Part shown: positions 13,267 through 25,140 of the stretch, one piece after another
Numbering within the stretch: the stretch's first letter is position 1
Layout of the letters: each line of letters starts with the position of its first letter
From: Octopus bimaculoides
Lineage: Eukaryota
NCBI RefSeq assembly: GCF_001194135.2
Contig: NC_069004.1
Location: 27,853,347-27,917,346 of the forward strand
Reading direction: 5' to 3'
Length of the DNA: 64,000 bases
Notes under the pieces: model-generated
Databases searched by the model: none
The model's input: only the letters and a program-made list of their open reading frames with translations
What the model was told of the DNA's origin: nothing
Position numbers and translations under genes: made by a program

Positions 13267-13876
13267 ACATTTAAATTTATTTTCAATCTTCAACTAAGAG
13301 ACAGACATATGTGGTGTATGTATACACACACACACACACAAAGATACTTCTGGTGCCCTTCCTACAATCCCCTTTGTCCCCAGTACCCCTGTAAAATTTT
13401 CTGCTACTTCCTTCCGTCTTGTAGCAGTACCACCCACTTTAAGAAGTACTGATGGAAAACAAATCAAAGCAGTTTCACATTTCACTTCTTTCTTAAATTT
13501 TATATGTTTTGATGTTTTTTAAAAATTTATGGGAGGGAACATAGGACAGTGCCATCATATATATAACTGTTTAAACAATAACATCTCTCTCTCTCTCTTT
13601 CTCTCCCATATATATTCCCATGCTACCACTAGATTTGTGAATCTATTTTGATTTGTTCTTGTTGCTGTAAGTTCCTACTTTGGGAAGTACTTTCCCATGG
13701 AGGATGATAGTAGGAAGTTTTGTATGAGTAGAATGGATGAAGGGGTTGATAAGGAGGGTGATAGGTGCATCTGTATAGTTAACGCACTCACATGCAAACA
13801 CACAGACACACACATCTAATATTCCTGTTATGCTTGCGATATTGCTTCTGTTTTTAGTTCATCAATAATTTTGCTG

Positions 13877-14192
13877 CATGACCTAGTGGTTAGGACAATT
13901 GGCTCATGATTGTAAGGACGTGTGTTCAATTCCCAGTGACACATTGTGTCCTTGAGCAAGACACTTTATTTCACATTGCTCCAGTCCATTCAGCTGGCAA
14001 AAATTAGTAGAACCTGTATTTCCAAAGGGCCAGCCTCGTCACATTCTGTGTCATGCTGAATTTCCCAGTGAACTATGTTCAGGGTATACCTGTCTGTGGA
14101 GTGCTCAGCCATTTGCATGTTAATTTCACGAGCAAGCTGTTCTGTTAACCGGATCAACTGGAACCCTTGTCATCATGACCAATGGAGTGCCA
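13877..14192 (+). mobile_element. tRNA/CORE-type SINE, head C plus tail T2
   Basis: tRNA-like head, GTGTCCTTGAGCAAGACACTTTATTTCAC, GCTCCAGTCCATTCAGCTGG, then the GTATTTCCAAAGGGCC...GGAGTGCC tail; homologous to 58959-59278. Confidence 0.85.
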
Positions 14193-15079
14193 GTTAACTT
14201 TGCCACTAAAGTGCTCAATATTAAAACTATGCAATTACAACAAAGTTATTTGAATATCTATACAGTTATATGTTTATATCTACCATGGGATAATACAATC
14301 TCTACCGCAAAATATTAGAACAAAACTCAAATTAAAATTGCTCCAGTTCTTGGACTCTATTTTGAATATTTATCATACTTTTCAATGGAGGAGGAAGAGA
14401 AATTCCGAACATGCTTTAACTATTTATTGTAATTCAGATTATCATAAATTTTGAAGGAAGAGTTGTCATTTTTTTTTTTTTTTAATAAATTCTTGAAAAA
14501 ATTATAAATAATTAAAATGTGAGTTGTTTGACGAATTTTCTTATAATGACTAACATTTTTAGTAGATACACACATACGAACAGATTTGAAAAATGTAGAT
14601 GCAAATCAGGAAGACTAGTAATCTTACAACCTAAGTTACTGCTATTTAAAAATTTAGATTAATAATTTTCCGGGTAGCTAACAAATAAGGTTATGTCTTA
14701 TTTGATAAGGATGTAGTAGCCGTCTGCCAAACAGATCTGTATGTGGATTTTTAATGAATTCCTAAGCATTTACGAGAATATACCATTTTCAGATCATCTG
14801 CAACATTCAAAGCTAAAACTTTTAAATAATCATAAATTTATCCTCATTGTATTTTTAAAACATTTTAATTTATGCCATGCCCTACATAAAACATGTGCTG
14901 TTTAATAAATCTCCAGACAATAAACTTGTCATTCTTTTTAATGGCATGCTAGTTTTTGAGAAGTTCATGATTCTGGAGATTATCCCACCTTCTCAAGTGC
15001 AGCTAGTCTTAACTGCCATTTGGTAATTATGATACAACCTCTAGCGATGGAGATAATTTTAATAAATCAGGAATCTATA

Positions 15080-16091
15080 TTGGGTTGGTGCAAAAGTAAT
15101 GGCTGATTTTTTAGAAAACTGTTTTAATTTGTATTTTTGAAAATTGTGCCTCTTGCAATACGTCAAGAATGTCACAATGAGTAATTTATGCATTTTTCTT
15201 TCAGATTCTGATTGTATTGGCCATAATCTTCTGCTATATTCGCACCCGTGTTCGTCCCGTCTAAAGAACACATTAGATATGCCTTACTCTATGAGTTTCA
15301 TAAAGGTGTCAATGCAAGCACAGCAGCAAAGTCCCTTCAGAGAGTTTATGGGGATGATGTAGTGAGTGAAAGGAGATGCAGGAGATAGTTTACTTGCTTC
15401 AGAAGTGGGGATCTGAGTTTGAAAGATGAGCCAAAAGAAGGTCGTTCAAAACAACTTGATTCTAAAGAATCGGAAGCTGTTGTTACAGAAAATCCAACCA
15501 CTACTTGTAGAGAACTTGCAGAACAGAAGATCGTGTTGAGTGTATGGTGGGATATCGAAGGAATTGTCCTTTACAAACTGTTAGACAACACTCAAACAGT
15601 TACTGCTAATCTCTACTGTGACCAGTTTCATCATTTGAAAGATGCTTTAAACAGAAAGTGACCCTGCTTAGTCGATAGAAAAGGATGTCATCTTCCACCA
15701 TGATAATGCTCATCCTCACACAGCTCGACTGACCAAAGATCTCTCGGAAGAGCTTGGTTGCAAAATATTGCTTCATCCTCCATATTCTCCAGACCTTGCT
15801 CTTTCTGATTATCACTTGTTTTGAGCACTACAGAACCATTTGAATGGTCTTAAATCAACATCAAGAAAAGAGGCTGAAAATGAGGCTGAAAAGAGGCTGA
15901 AGATGGATTCATATGTCACATCAAAACCTAAACAATTTTACAAGTGTGGCATTTATAAGCTTGTTGACAGATAAAATGAAGTTCCAGAAAGCAATGGAAA
16001 TTATGTTAACAAATAAATATTGTCTTAATCATGGGCTTTTTCATGTTTAATTGAGACCTTAAAATCAGTCATTACCTTTGCACCAACCTGA
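15080..16091 (+). mobile_element. Mariner (Tc1/mariner, D,D34D) DNA transposon, internally deleted and non-autonomous
   Basis: 31 bp TIRs at 15080-15110 and 16061-16091 (27/31 match), TA target duplication on both sides, transposase remnant inside. Confidence 0.95.
15248..16016 (+). pseudogene. Mariner transposase pseudogene
   Basis: VFVPSKEHIRYALLYEFHKG...FRSGDLSLKDEPKEGRS (HTH region), KIVLSVWWD, HHDNAHPH...HPPYSPDLALSDYHLF with 34 residues between the two Asp (codons at 15702 and 15807), C-terminal SKPKQFYKCGIYKLVDR. It has several stops, a frameshift near 15685, and lacks the central segment. Confidence 0.93.
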
Positions 16092-16635
16092 TATTTTGCA
16101 TGACATTTGACATACCTGTATTTGTCTGTTTTTTAAACACATGCCACTGGCCATTTTGAGTTATTTCTCTCAGTTCATGTTTTTTTTTGTACACACACAC
16201 ACACACGCACACACACATACACAATTTAGAATTTCAATATTGCTTTTCATTCATTATTCATAAAAGTAATTCCATGTGTTTTCTATTTGCAGGTTAGTAC
16301 CTTCAGATTCATATTGGTAAGACAATTACACATTTTTATTTTCTTTATCTTCTCTTTATTTCGTAGTTAAAAAGGAAAAAAAAAAAATGAATATATGGAA
16401 TTTTGTTTGTCAAAGGACTCTTTTTAAATATTCATACTTAAAACATTTTGTATTTGTTTGTAAGCAGTTTCTAACTCTGAACCTGCCGAGAAAATATTGT
16501 AGAATATTTGAAAACTCTAGATTTTAAAATAGTATGTCTATAAAAAGTCTTTACATACCTTACCATAACAAGCTGTAATGTTATTGTCGGTGGTGGGGAG
16601 AAAAATAACTAAATTGTGTATCTTCAATTCATAGT

Positions 16636-16790
16636 GTTAAGTCCGTCCTTCTCTGTGCAGCAGAGACATGGAAAGGGACCAAAAAGACATTGCAGAAAAT
16701 ATAGACCTTCATCTAAAAAATATTTGGGATATATTCTTCAAAATAGATGGCTGGACAAGGAATGGAGAATTGTAGCTGAAGGGAGGGTGC
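16636..16790 (+). mobile_element. Degenerate RTE LINE RT fragment
   Basis: KSVLLCAAETWKGTKKTLQKI*TFI resembles the RTE motif SVLLYGAETW...KKLQTF. Confidence 0.6.
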
Positions 16791-16850
16791 ACGTGCCAGT
16801 GGAAGAACTGACCCTGTAGTGTACTTGGTGATTGTAAGGCAATGCCTTAA

Positions 16851-17076
16851 TCTTTTACCATTTAAACTGGCCGTATTTAGCCAAAATATTTCACCTGTTT
16901 TGTTTTATGTTGAAACTGGCCTGATCTGGCTTCTCACACTAACCATACAATATCATTCTAAAAAAAGTTAAGTTACCTCATCAAAATTTCATGGCTACAC
17001 GATAATGCATGATTAATTCAAAACAGTGTGAATAAAATCGTATTACTTTTGGCAAAATAATGTGAATGCTAAGGAG
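16851..17076. mobile_element. Diverged piggyBac-type MITE (CCCTTTAGCATT family)
   Basis: TTAA at 16847-16850 and 17077-17080; interior homologous to 45396-45551 and, in reverse, to 63631-64000. Confidence 0.7.
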
Positions 17077-19410
17077 TTAAGGGAACCAACATCTTGCATT
17101 ACATATAAGGCTCTGACCTGGAACCTACGGAGGGCGTTATTTATGGCCTCTTTCTCTCTTACTTCCTCTCTGTCCTTTCTCTTGCTTTGCCTTTCACTCC
17201 TTCCTTTGAAGTAAGTGTGATACTACTACTACTACCAATAACATCATCATGATCATCACTAACATATCACTACCACCACCACCACTGCTATCACAAAGAT
17301 TATCAGCACCACCACCACTATTACCACTACTAACACCACCACTTCTATCACCACCATCAGCGGCAGCTTGTCATGAATATCCATTTTAACGACCCATTTC
17401 AATTCTATATAATCTCATCCATAAGGCTCAACGTTCTGAGAACCTATTGTACAGCTTCTTACATCTTTGTCTGCGCTATTAACTAACTTGCACTGCAAGT
17501 ACACACACCACCCATTACTACTCACTCAGTGTCGTCCATTTATATCGTGTGTGCATACCGGTGCAGTTAACTCTTTTGCACAGATCAACTGAATTTGAAT
17601 TGATTTCAGCTCAGCTTGCTTGCTGTCTTGGTCTTTCATAGAAGAAAGGTATTTAATTATTTTGCAATTAAGCTAGGATTGTTGAAAGAAATGTCTGTAT
17701 GTGTATGTTTAAACAAAATCTTCACAAACTGAGATTAATGGAAACATAACAAGAATTGAAAAGCAGGCATTCTTATTCTGTTCTGTCTGTCTCTCCAGCG
17801 TTCAAGACATACACACCTCACGTCTGGCTGTACAGCCTTTTTGTTTGTTTATTTCACCGTTTCGTTTTCCGTCCGCCACTACCCTCCACGAAAACAATTT
17901 AATTTGTGTTCGTGGGAAGAACCATTTTAACGAGGCGTACTACCTTAATTCTTCGAAACGCCGGAGTTTTAATGGTGGCAGCTGATGAAGGGGATGTTTC
18001 TATGTGGCNNNNNNNNNNNNNNNNNNNNNNNNNNNNNNNNNNNNNNNNNNNNNNNNNNNNNNNNNNNNNNNNNNNNNNNNNNNNNNNNNNNNNNNNNNNN
18101 NNNNNNNNNNNNNNNNNNNNNNNNNNNNNNNNNNNNNNNNNNNNNNNNNNNNNNNNNNNNNNNNNNNNNNNNNNNNNNNNNNNNNNNNNNNNNNNNNNNN
18201 NNNNNNNNNNNNNNNNNNNNNNNNNNNNNNNNNNNNNNNNNNNNNNNNNNNNNNNNNNNNNNNNNNNNNNNNNNNNNNNNNNNNNNNNNNNNNNNNNNNN
18301 NNNNNNNNNNNNNNNNNNNNNNNNNNNNNNNNNNNNNNNNNNNNNNNNNNNNNNNNNNNNNNNNNNNNNNNNNNNNNNNNNNNNNNNNNNNNNNNNNNNN
18401 NNNNNNNNNNNNNNNNNNNNNNNNNNNNNNNNNNNNNNNNNNNNNNNNNNNNNNNNNNNNNNNNNNNNNNNNNNNNNNNNNNNNNNNNNNNNNNNNNNNN
18501 NNNNNNNNNNNNNNNNNNNNNNNNNNNNNNNNNNNNNNNNNNNNNNNNNNNNNNNNNNNNNNNNNNNNNNNNNNNNNNNNNNNNNNNNNNNNNNNNNNNN
18601 NNNNNNNNNNNNNNNNNNNNNNNNNNNNNNNNNNNNNNNNNNNNNNNNNNNNNNNNNNNNNNNNNNNNNNNNNNNNNNNNNNNNNNNNNNNNNNNNNNNN
18701 NNNNNNNNNNNNNNNNNNNNNNNNNNNNNNNNNNNNNNNNNNNNNNNNNNNNNNNNNNNNNNNNNNNNNNNNNNNNNNNNNNNNNNNNNNNNNNNNNNNN
18801 NNNNNNNNNNNNNNNNNNNNNNNNNNNNNNNNNNNNNNNNNNNNNCCATAGGAATCGGCGATGTATATGTGTGTATGTGTGTTTGCATACATACGTAAGT
18901 AGTGGGCCCAAACCTCAAAGTCACTGTAACCCTTGTAAAATTTTATTAAACATGGACTCCACTAAAAATAAGTACTGAGTAATTCTTTAGTTTAATGTTA
19001 AAGTACTTTCATGTATAACTTGACATAAAATAAAATATATATATGTCCAAGTTAGGGGCATCCCTACGCTCACACACTATCAATGATGTTGCTCTTCCTG
19101 CTGCTTCACGCACGGTTGAATGCACCCATCCATATTTCAGACTTGGGGTCATTACAGATATGACTTCGCCTCTCTGTCATATTAGTATATATATAAAGAT
19201 GATATTTTTATAAGAGTGGTGGTAGTGTTTTTGAAGTTTTGGTTTGCTAGCCTTTGTTGGACTGTCCACTGAAGATTAGCAAGAGGAAACTTCAAAATCA
19301 AGTGTAATAAATACATACTGTGCAAAAAGTATTAAGTAATCCCTTAATTTAATGTAAAATTGTATTTATTATACCTCAACATAAAAACGTAAGATTAATA
19401 TTAATATATA

Positions 19411-19780
19411 GGTGCAGGAGTGGCTGCGTGGTTAGAAGCTTGCTTTCCAACCACATGGTTCCAGGTTCAGTCTCACTGTGTGGCACCTTGGGTAAGTGTC
19501 TTCTACTATAGCCTCAGGCCAACCAAAGCCTTGTGAATGGATTTGGTTGTTAGAAACTGAATGAAGCCCATCATATGTATGTATGTGTGTATCTGTGTTT
19601 GTCCCCTCTCCATCGCTTGACAACTGATGTTGGCGTGTATACATCTCCGTATCTTAGCAGTTCAGCAAAAGAGACCGATAGAATAAGTACTAGGCTTACA
19701 AAGAATAAGTCCTGGGGTCGATTTGTTTGACTAAAGGCAGTGCTCCAGGATAGCTGCAGTCAAGCAAGAGAATAAAAGAA
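19411..19780 (+). mobile_element. Full-length tRNA/CORE-type SINE, family B, with CR1-type tail
   Basis: A-box TGGCTGCGTGG, B-box GGTTCAGTCTC, CORE-like CACCTTGGGTAAGTGTCTTC, internal (TG)n, GGGGTCGATTTG and tail GGCAGTGCTCCAG...GCAGTCAAG. Confidence 0.9.
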
Positions 19781-19866
19781 TCTGTAAATTGTGTGCTGGT
19801 GCCATGAAAAATGTTTCTATATTCTGACAGTTACAGAATATAGAAAGAAGTGTAAAACTGATAAAA

Positions 19867-19908
<42 letters not shown>

Positions 19909-21329
19909 ATGATGATGATGATGATGATATGTATATATTTATAAATAATAAGGTGAACAGAGATTTGTATATCCAGTTTTAGTCTGCTGTCAGTCACATC
20001 TTTCCATTTCTGCGCCTAATATGTTTCTACTGCAGTTTCGTGCACACTGCAAAATTTTGCTTCTTGATGTGCATTTTGGTGTTAATTGCTGCTTCTTCAG
20101 GGTGTTATTAACAGCGTTTCAGATCCCATTTGAACTGAATACAAGTCCAACCAAAAACATTTCATACACGTGGTGTTGGTATTCTATAAATAGCTTAAAT
20201 TCTGTCCTTTACAACTCTGCTGTTTAGAAAAACAAGTGACTAGCTGTCCAAGATTGGGTCAGTAGTCAGAAAATGCATTCTTCTTGGAGTGGTAAAAAAT
20301 TGGAGTTTGGACAGCACCTTGGCTGGCCAGATCCTGTCAAACTGTCCAACCCATGCCAGCATGGAAAACATGTTAAACGATGATGATGACGATGCATATA
20401 TACATATATATGTGTGTGTGTATGAAATTATATACCAGCCAAATCTCCTTCAAATCCCATCCTACCATTACCTTACTGTTTTTGGCAAGGAAGGACACAG
20501 TGAGTAATATACTCCAAGATAAACTATTCCTGGATAGTTGACGAGAACATCATGGCTGGAACATTGTTGATCAGCGGTTTCTCTGCTCAATCAAGTTTGA
20601 CCTGAACAACAACAACAGCAGCAGTTTACTTTGTTTTCTACATTAGTTCTGTCCTGTTTATTATTGTCTCAAAAGCAAAACAAAAACGAATTTATTTTTA
20701 TTTTATTACAACTTTTGTTTTTTTTCTTAAATTTAAATCTCATCTCCAACTGATTAAAGTATTTTGATATTTTAATATTAAATGTCTGAGTATGTCTGTA
20801 GAAGACAGTTCTCCACTTTTCTGTCTTTGTCCGTTTGCTTCTCTTCTTCACAAGCAAGCAACAGATTAAATTGCAGCTGACACAATTCCATTAAACCTTG
20901 GGGTAACTTAAAGCTATCTTCTCTGCTAAATTCTCGAATAGTCTCTTGCACAAGTTAAATAGAAAAGTTAATCTTTTTCTTTCATAATGTTATGATGTTC
21001 TGATATGATTAACTAAACTTTCTGAACAATCACTTTGGCATGATTAGAGTCGCTACTGTTACTTTTGGCTGGTGTCCTTGTCACAAAACTTCTACTTCCA
21101 TACTCTTTTAAATCCTTAGGCTGTCGTGCTTTTGTAAGAACTGCTGCTGCTGCCACTACCACCACTACTCTATACCACCACCATTTCTACACCACCACCA
21201 CTGCTACTATTGCTACTGCCACTATTCTATACCATCACCACCACCACTACTACTTCTACAACCATTATTCTACACTACTACTAGTACATTTTTTTGTCCA
21301 CTTTTCTATGAGAGTTGTTTTTTATTGAG

Positions 21330-21790
21330 AATTGTTGCCTCCTTCCACTTTCAGACAGGTTTGCATACAATGTCTGTACAATCCAATTTTAGCATGGTTT
21401 CTACAGCTTGATGCTCTTTCTTACACTAACTACTTTATAGAGTGTACTGGGTGCAGTTTATCATGGCACCAGCACCAAAGAGGTCGTCATATCCTCTCTA
21501 ACCTGCATTGTTTCCATTCATTTGACAACCTCCTTATAGCAATTGAGATGGATAGTAGTAAGCGTGAGTGGTAGTGATCAACTAGAAGATATATGAAGAG
21601 GAGAGAATGAAAGTTAGCAGTGAAGGATAGTTGAAAGGGATATTGAATATGGGCAGGTTGAATGCCTTGTCTTGTTTTACTGGTGTCTTGTTGAAGGGAG
21701 GTAGAATAATCGAGGGATGATAGTGGGGGAGTTATACAGAGATGATGGCAGAGTGATAATGGTAATAGTTTGAGTAGACTTGTCCTATTC
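21330..21790 (-). mobile_element. RTE-tail repeat with a purine-rich upstream segment
   Basis: GGTTTCTACAGCTTGATGCTCTTTCTTACACTAAC...AGAGTGTACTGGGTGC is a diverged reverse copy of the RTE tail. Confidence 0.55.
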
Positions 21791-22020
21791 AAACACAAAT
21801 TGTGAAAGGCCCAATTTGAGCGTGCAACTGTGAGAAATAAAAGGAGATGGGCTCTTGCCCTGTTGATCAGGCACCAGTGGTTTTTGTGAGTTTTTACACG
21901 AGGACCTTAAAGCACCTTCGTATCATTCTGTTTTTGTCTTTTATGTTGTTGCATGTCATTTAATGTTGCTTTATGTGAGCCCGTGTGGCTAAGAAAAGAA
22001 TTGATAATGATTATTATTAT
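21790..22020 (+). mobile_element. Probable LINE 3' UTR; tail resembles the SINE-A tail
   Basis: A T-rich UTR ends in GTGAGCCCGTGTGGCTAAGAAAAGAA plus (ATT)n, similar to the SINE-A end AGCCCCTTGTGGGCAATAAAGAAA. Confidence 0.45.
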
Positions 22021-22744
22021 CATGTTTTCTCTCCAAGTTACAATTTCTAGTTATAGCCACAGTTAGAACTTATTTTGTCCTTATGGTTCTGAGCTTTCAT
22101 GCTTCTGTAAAAGAAAAAACTCTAGTCAACTACCACTGTAAAGCACTCATAAATTTTTTTAGTCTTATTTTGCCAAAGATCACATTTTATATTACAAATG
22201 GTATTTTAAAAGCATGATAGGAATATTACAACTTCCTGTTTTCACTCCGTATAATTCTAAATATTCACAGTTGGTATAAAGAAAAACAAGAAAAAGAAAA
22301 TGGAGAAAAAAATGTGTTATTGTTAAATCTGTAATCAAATTTTTTTTTTTTAAATAAAAAATAAATAGAAAATAATGAAATTATAATTTCTAAATTGTTT
22401 TCAATGAAGACAATTTGGAAAGAAATTATATAACAAGAGAAGGAAGTCTATCATATTTTGGTTTTGTAGAGGAATTGCAGAAACAGTCAAATATCAGACA
22501 GTGAATTTCTCTACTCTCTGAGTTAGAATCATGCTGGAGTCCATATAAAATATGTATGTTTTACCTCATTGGTGTTTGATTAAAAAAATATATACCCCAT
22601 GTGAGATGAATATATGATAAATGAATAATAGAAACATATGGCAATAAATAGGTTTTGTTGTGAGACCCCTCCAAGTTTTCCTGAGCTAGGATGTGCTTTT
22701 GCAGTCTAAGATGAATCTTCGTTTGCCAACATATGTTATCACAG

Positions 22745-23092
22745 ATCTTTTAAAGGGTGAAGACTCCCTTTGATCATGAATGACAATTGGATTGCACCTA
22801 GAAAGTTTGCCCTCTGAGGCATAAGTCCTGGCAAGGTTGTTTATGGAAGACCAGCGGTCACCCATTCATACCAGCTTTTCCTCACCACACCACTGATGTT
22901 GTCCAGGAGAAAGGCAAAGGGACCAATACAGCTTGGCACCAGTGATGTTGCAACCCATTTCTACAACTGAGTGAACTGGAGCAACATGAAAGGAAGTGTC
23001 TTGCTCAAGGACACAACACAGTCTGATCCCGGAATCAAACTCACTACCTCATCACTGTGATCCCGATACTCTAACCACTGAGCCATGTGCCT
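22745..23092 (-). mobile_element. tRNA/CORE-type SINE, head C plus tail T3
   Basis: The reverse strand has a tRNA head and GTGTCCTTGAGCAAGACACTTCC...GCTCCAGTTCACTCAG, followed by a tail (GGTCTTCCATAAACAACCTTGCC...TTCTAGGTGCAATCC) unrelated to the other head-C copies. Confidence 0.8.
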
Positions 23093-23231
23093 ATCACAGA
23101 TCAGTTCATGATAAACGTAACATAATTTACAATTGAGAGAATTGTGTTAGTCAGATCAGTGATAACTGAATTATTCTTAAACAAGGATTGATATACCATT
23201 AATGTCGTAGGGAGGTGATTTAGTTGACGAT

Positions 23232-23607
23232 TTGTTGTTGGCACTCTGTCGCTTACGACGTCGAGGGTTCCAGTCGATCCGATCAACGGAACAGCCTGCT
23301 CGTGAAATTAACGTGCAAGTGACTGAGCACTCCACAGACACGTGTAACCTTAACGTTGTTCTCGGGGATATTCAGCGTGACACAGTGTGACAAGGCTGGC
23401 TCTTTGAAATTCAGGCACAACAGAAACAGGAAGAAAGAGAGAGAAAGTTGTGGTGAAAGAGTACAGCAGGGTTCGCCACCATCTCCTGCCGGTGCCTCGT
23501 GGAGCTTTAAGGTGTTTTCGCTCAATAAACACTCACAATGCCCGGTCTGGGAATCAAAACCGCAATCCTATGACCGCGATTCCGCTGCCCTAACCACTGG
23601 GCCTCCA
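23232..23607 (-). mobile_element. tRNA-derived SINE, head D plus tail T2
   Basis: Head and body match 12955-13140; tail matches 59095-59275; TSD TTAGTTGAC(G/A)A at 23220-23230 / 23609-23619. Confidence 0.9.
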
Positions 23608-24829
23608 CTTAGTTGACAATATCCCTTCACTATAAATTTCTAACACCTCACTGAAATTCGAAATCATCATTGTTATTCTTTTTCTTTTTTTTTTGTTTTG
23701 GGCTGCAGTGTTGAGTCAAACAAAGTCCCAGACTGGACTCTGGAATATTGTCAAGTACGGCTGGTGGAACATCCATGTTAGCATAGTATAGAGTATTGAA
23801 CACTAAGGTCGGCGTGATTGACATAATCCCTTCCTCTAAATAACTGGCTCTGTATTTCCAGACTCTTTATGCATTGTGTTCGAATCCATTTGAGATCAAC
23901 TTTGCCTTTTATCCTTTTTGGGGTATTTAAAATAGAAGACCAGTTAAGTTCTGAAGTTGATTGTATTGACTTTCCCCTTCTCCCCATAAAATTACTGTCC
24001 TTTTGTCTAAATTAGAGACAATTATTATTACTATTAGCTGACACAGCGATTAGCAAGTCTCTCATTACACCATCTCCTTGAAGTGTTTCCCATTTGACTA
24101 GTTGTCTTCGCCATCAATCAACAACGTTCTTTTCTTTACAAAACAGGAAAAGAAAAAAAAGTATCTTTTGATCATTAGTTTCTCCTCTCTCTCATCCACA
24201 CTCTCTGCCCACCCCTTCTTTCTCTTAACCATAAACATTCACATACAACTGCACACACACACACACACACACGCACAGAGGCTTTCTCAATACCTTGTCT
24301 CTCTCTTTGTCTCTCTCTCTCTCTGGCTGTCTCTTTTGTTATCTCTCTCTCTCCCTCTCCCCCCCTCTCTCTCCTACACATGCATACACACAAACTTGCT
24401 CACTTCTCTCTTTCTCTTTAAAGGTAATGTCTATCTCATTCATTTCGGAAAGAGTTCATTTCTGGAAAATTCCAGCAGTGCAACTTTCTCTAATTACTTC
24501 TTCATTTATATCAATAGTAGACATTTGCAACTGTATATCTTTTCCCATGGCAATTCTTTCAATGTACAAAGTATTTCCTATATTTGTCATTGTTCTTTCG
24601 AGATAAAGGATTTAAATATCAATAAAATAATTTGTATTGCTACATAACTAACAATAAGTGTATCTCCCCTCCTCTCCCAGTCATTCTTAGTTGACACACC
24701 ACTCAATGATTGTTCACTAAAACCTTATATATCTGTCAAGTTGTCTTAAGTTTGGAAGTGCCAGTTAATATCTGTTTTATTGATGAGATCTAATAAGATT
24801 GAAACATGTCTGGAATTAACACTGTACTG

Positions 24830-25140
24830 CCAAAGATGGTACCGTGATGGTATGAACACCAGGTCTGTCATAAGGGCCCAAAATTTCTCATGACTTCAGA
24901 ACATGATTAAAGAAATGATTTAGGGACACATTCCACCTATCTCTGCTATTGATGCTCAGCACAGGGCGGGATTTAGTGGCCACTGGTACCATATTAAACA
25001 CCAATCCATCTTAATACTTGCATTGATGTTGTTGGCAGACACACGCAACATGAAATTCAGGACCTACCGATGCTGTTGGAGAACAGAGTTTTCTGGCATG
25101 GTGTAGTGAAATACATCTACATTCTGGCAGCTGCTGCCAC
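24830..25140 (+). mobile_element. Old RTE LINE 3' fragment
   Basis: Frame-broken translation RAQNFS*LQNMIKEMI*GHIPPISAIDAQHRAGFSGHWYH...IDVVGRHTQHEIQDLPMLLENRVFWHGVVK follows the RTE C-terminal pattern (R..FAGH.YR...DR..W). Confidence 0.65.

Noticed and set aside
14230-14900. AT-rich stretch with a minus-strand ALNVADDL motif suggesting a hAT transposase C-terminus
   Set aside because: Only a few residues are similar, there are many stops, and no TIRs were found.
20490-21150. Several protein-like minus-strand readings, e.g. ETIREFSREDSFKLPQGLMELCQLQF...
   Set aside because: Each is bounded by stops within 60 codons, has weak splice sites and shows no recognisable motif.
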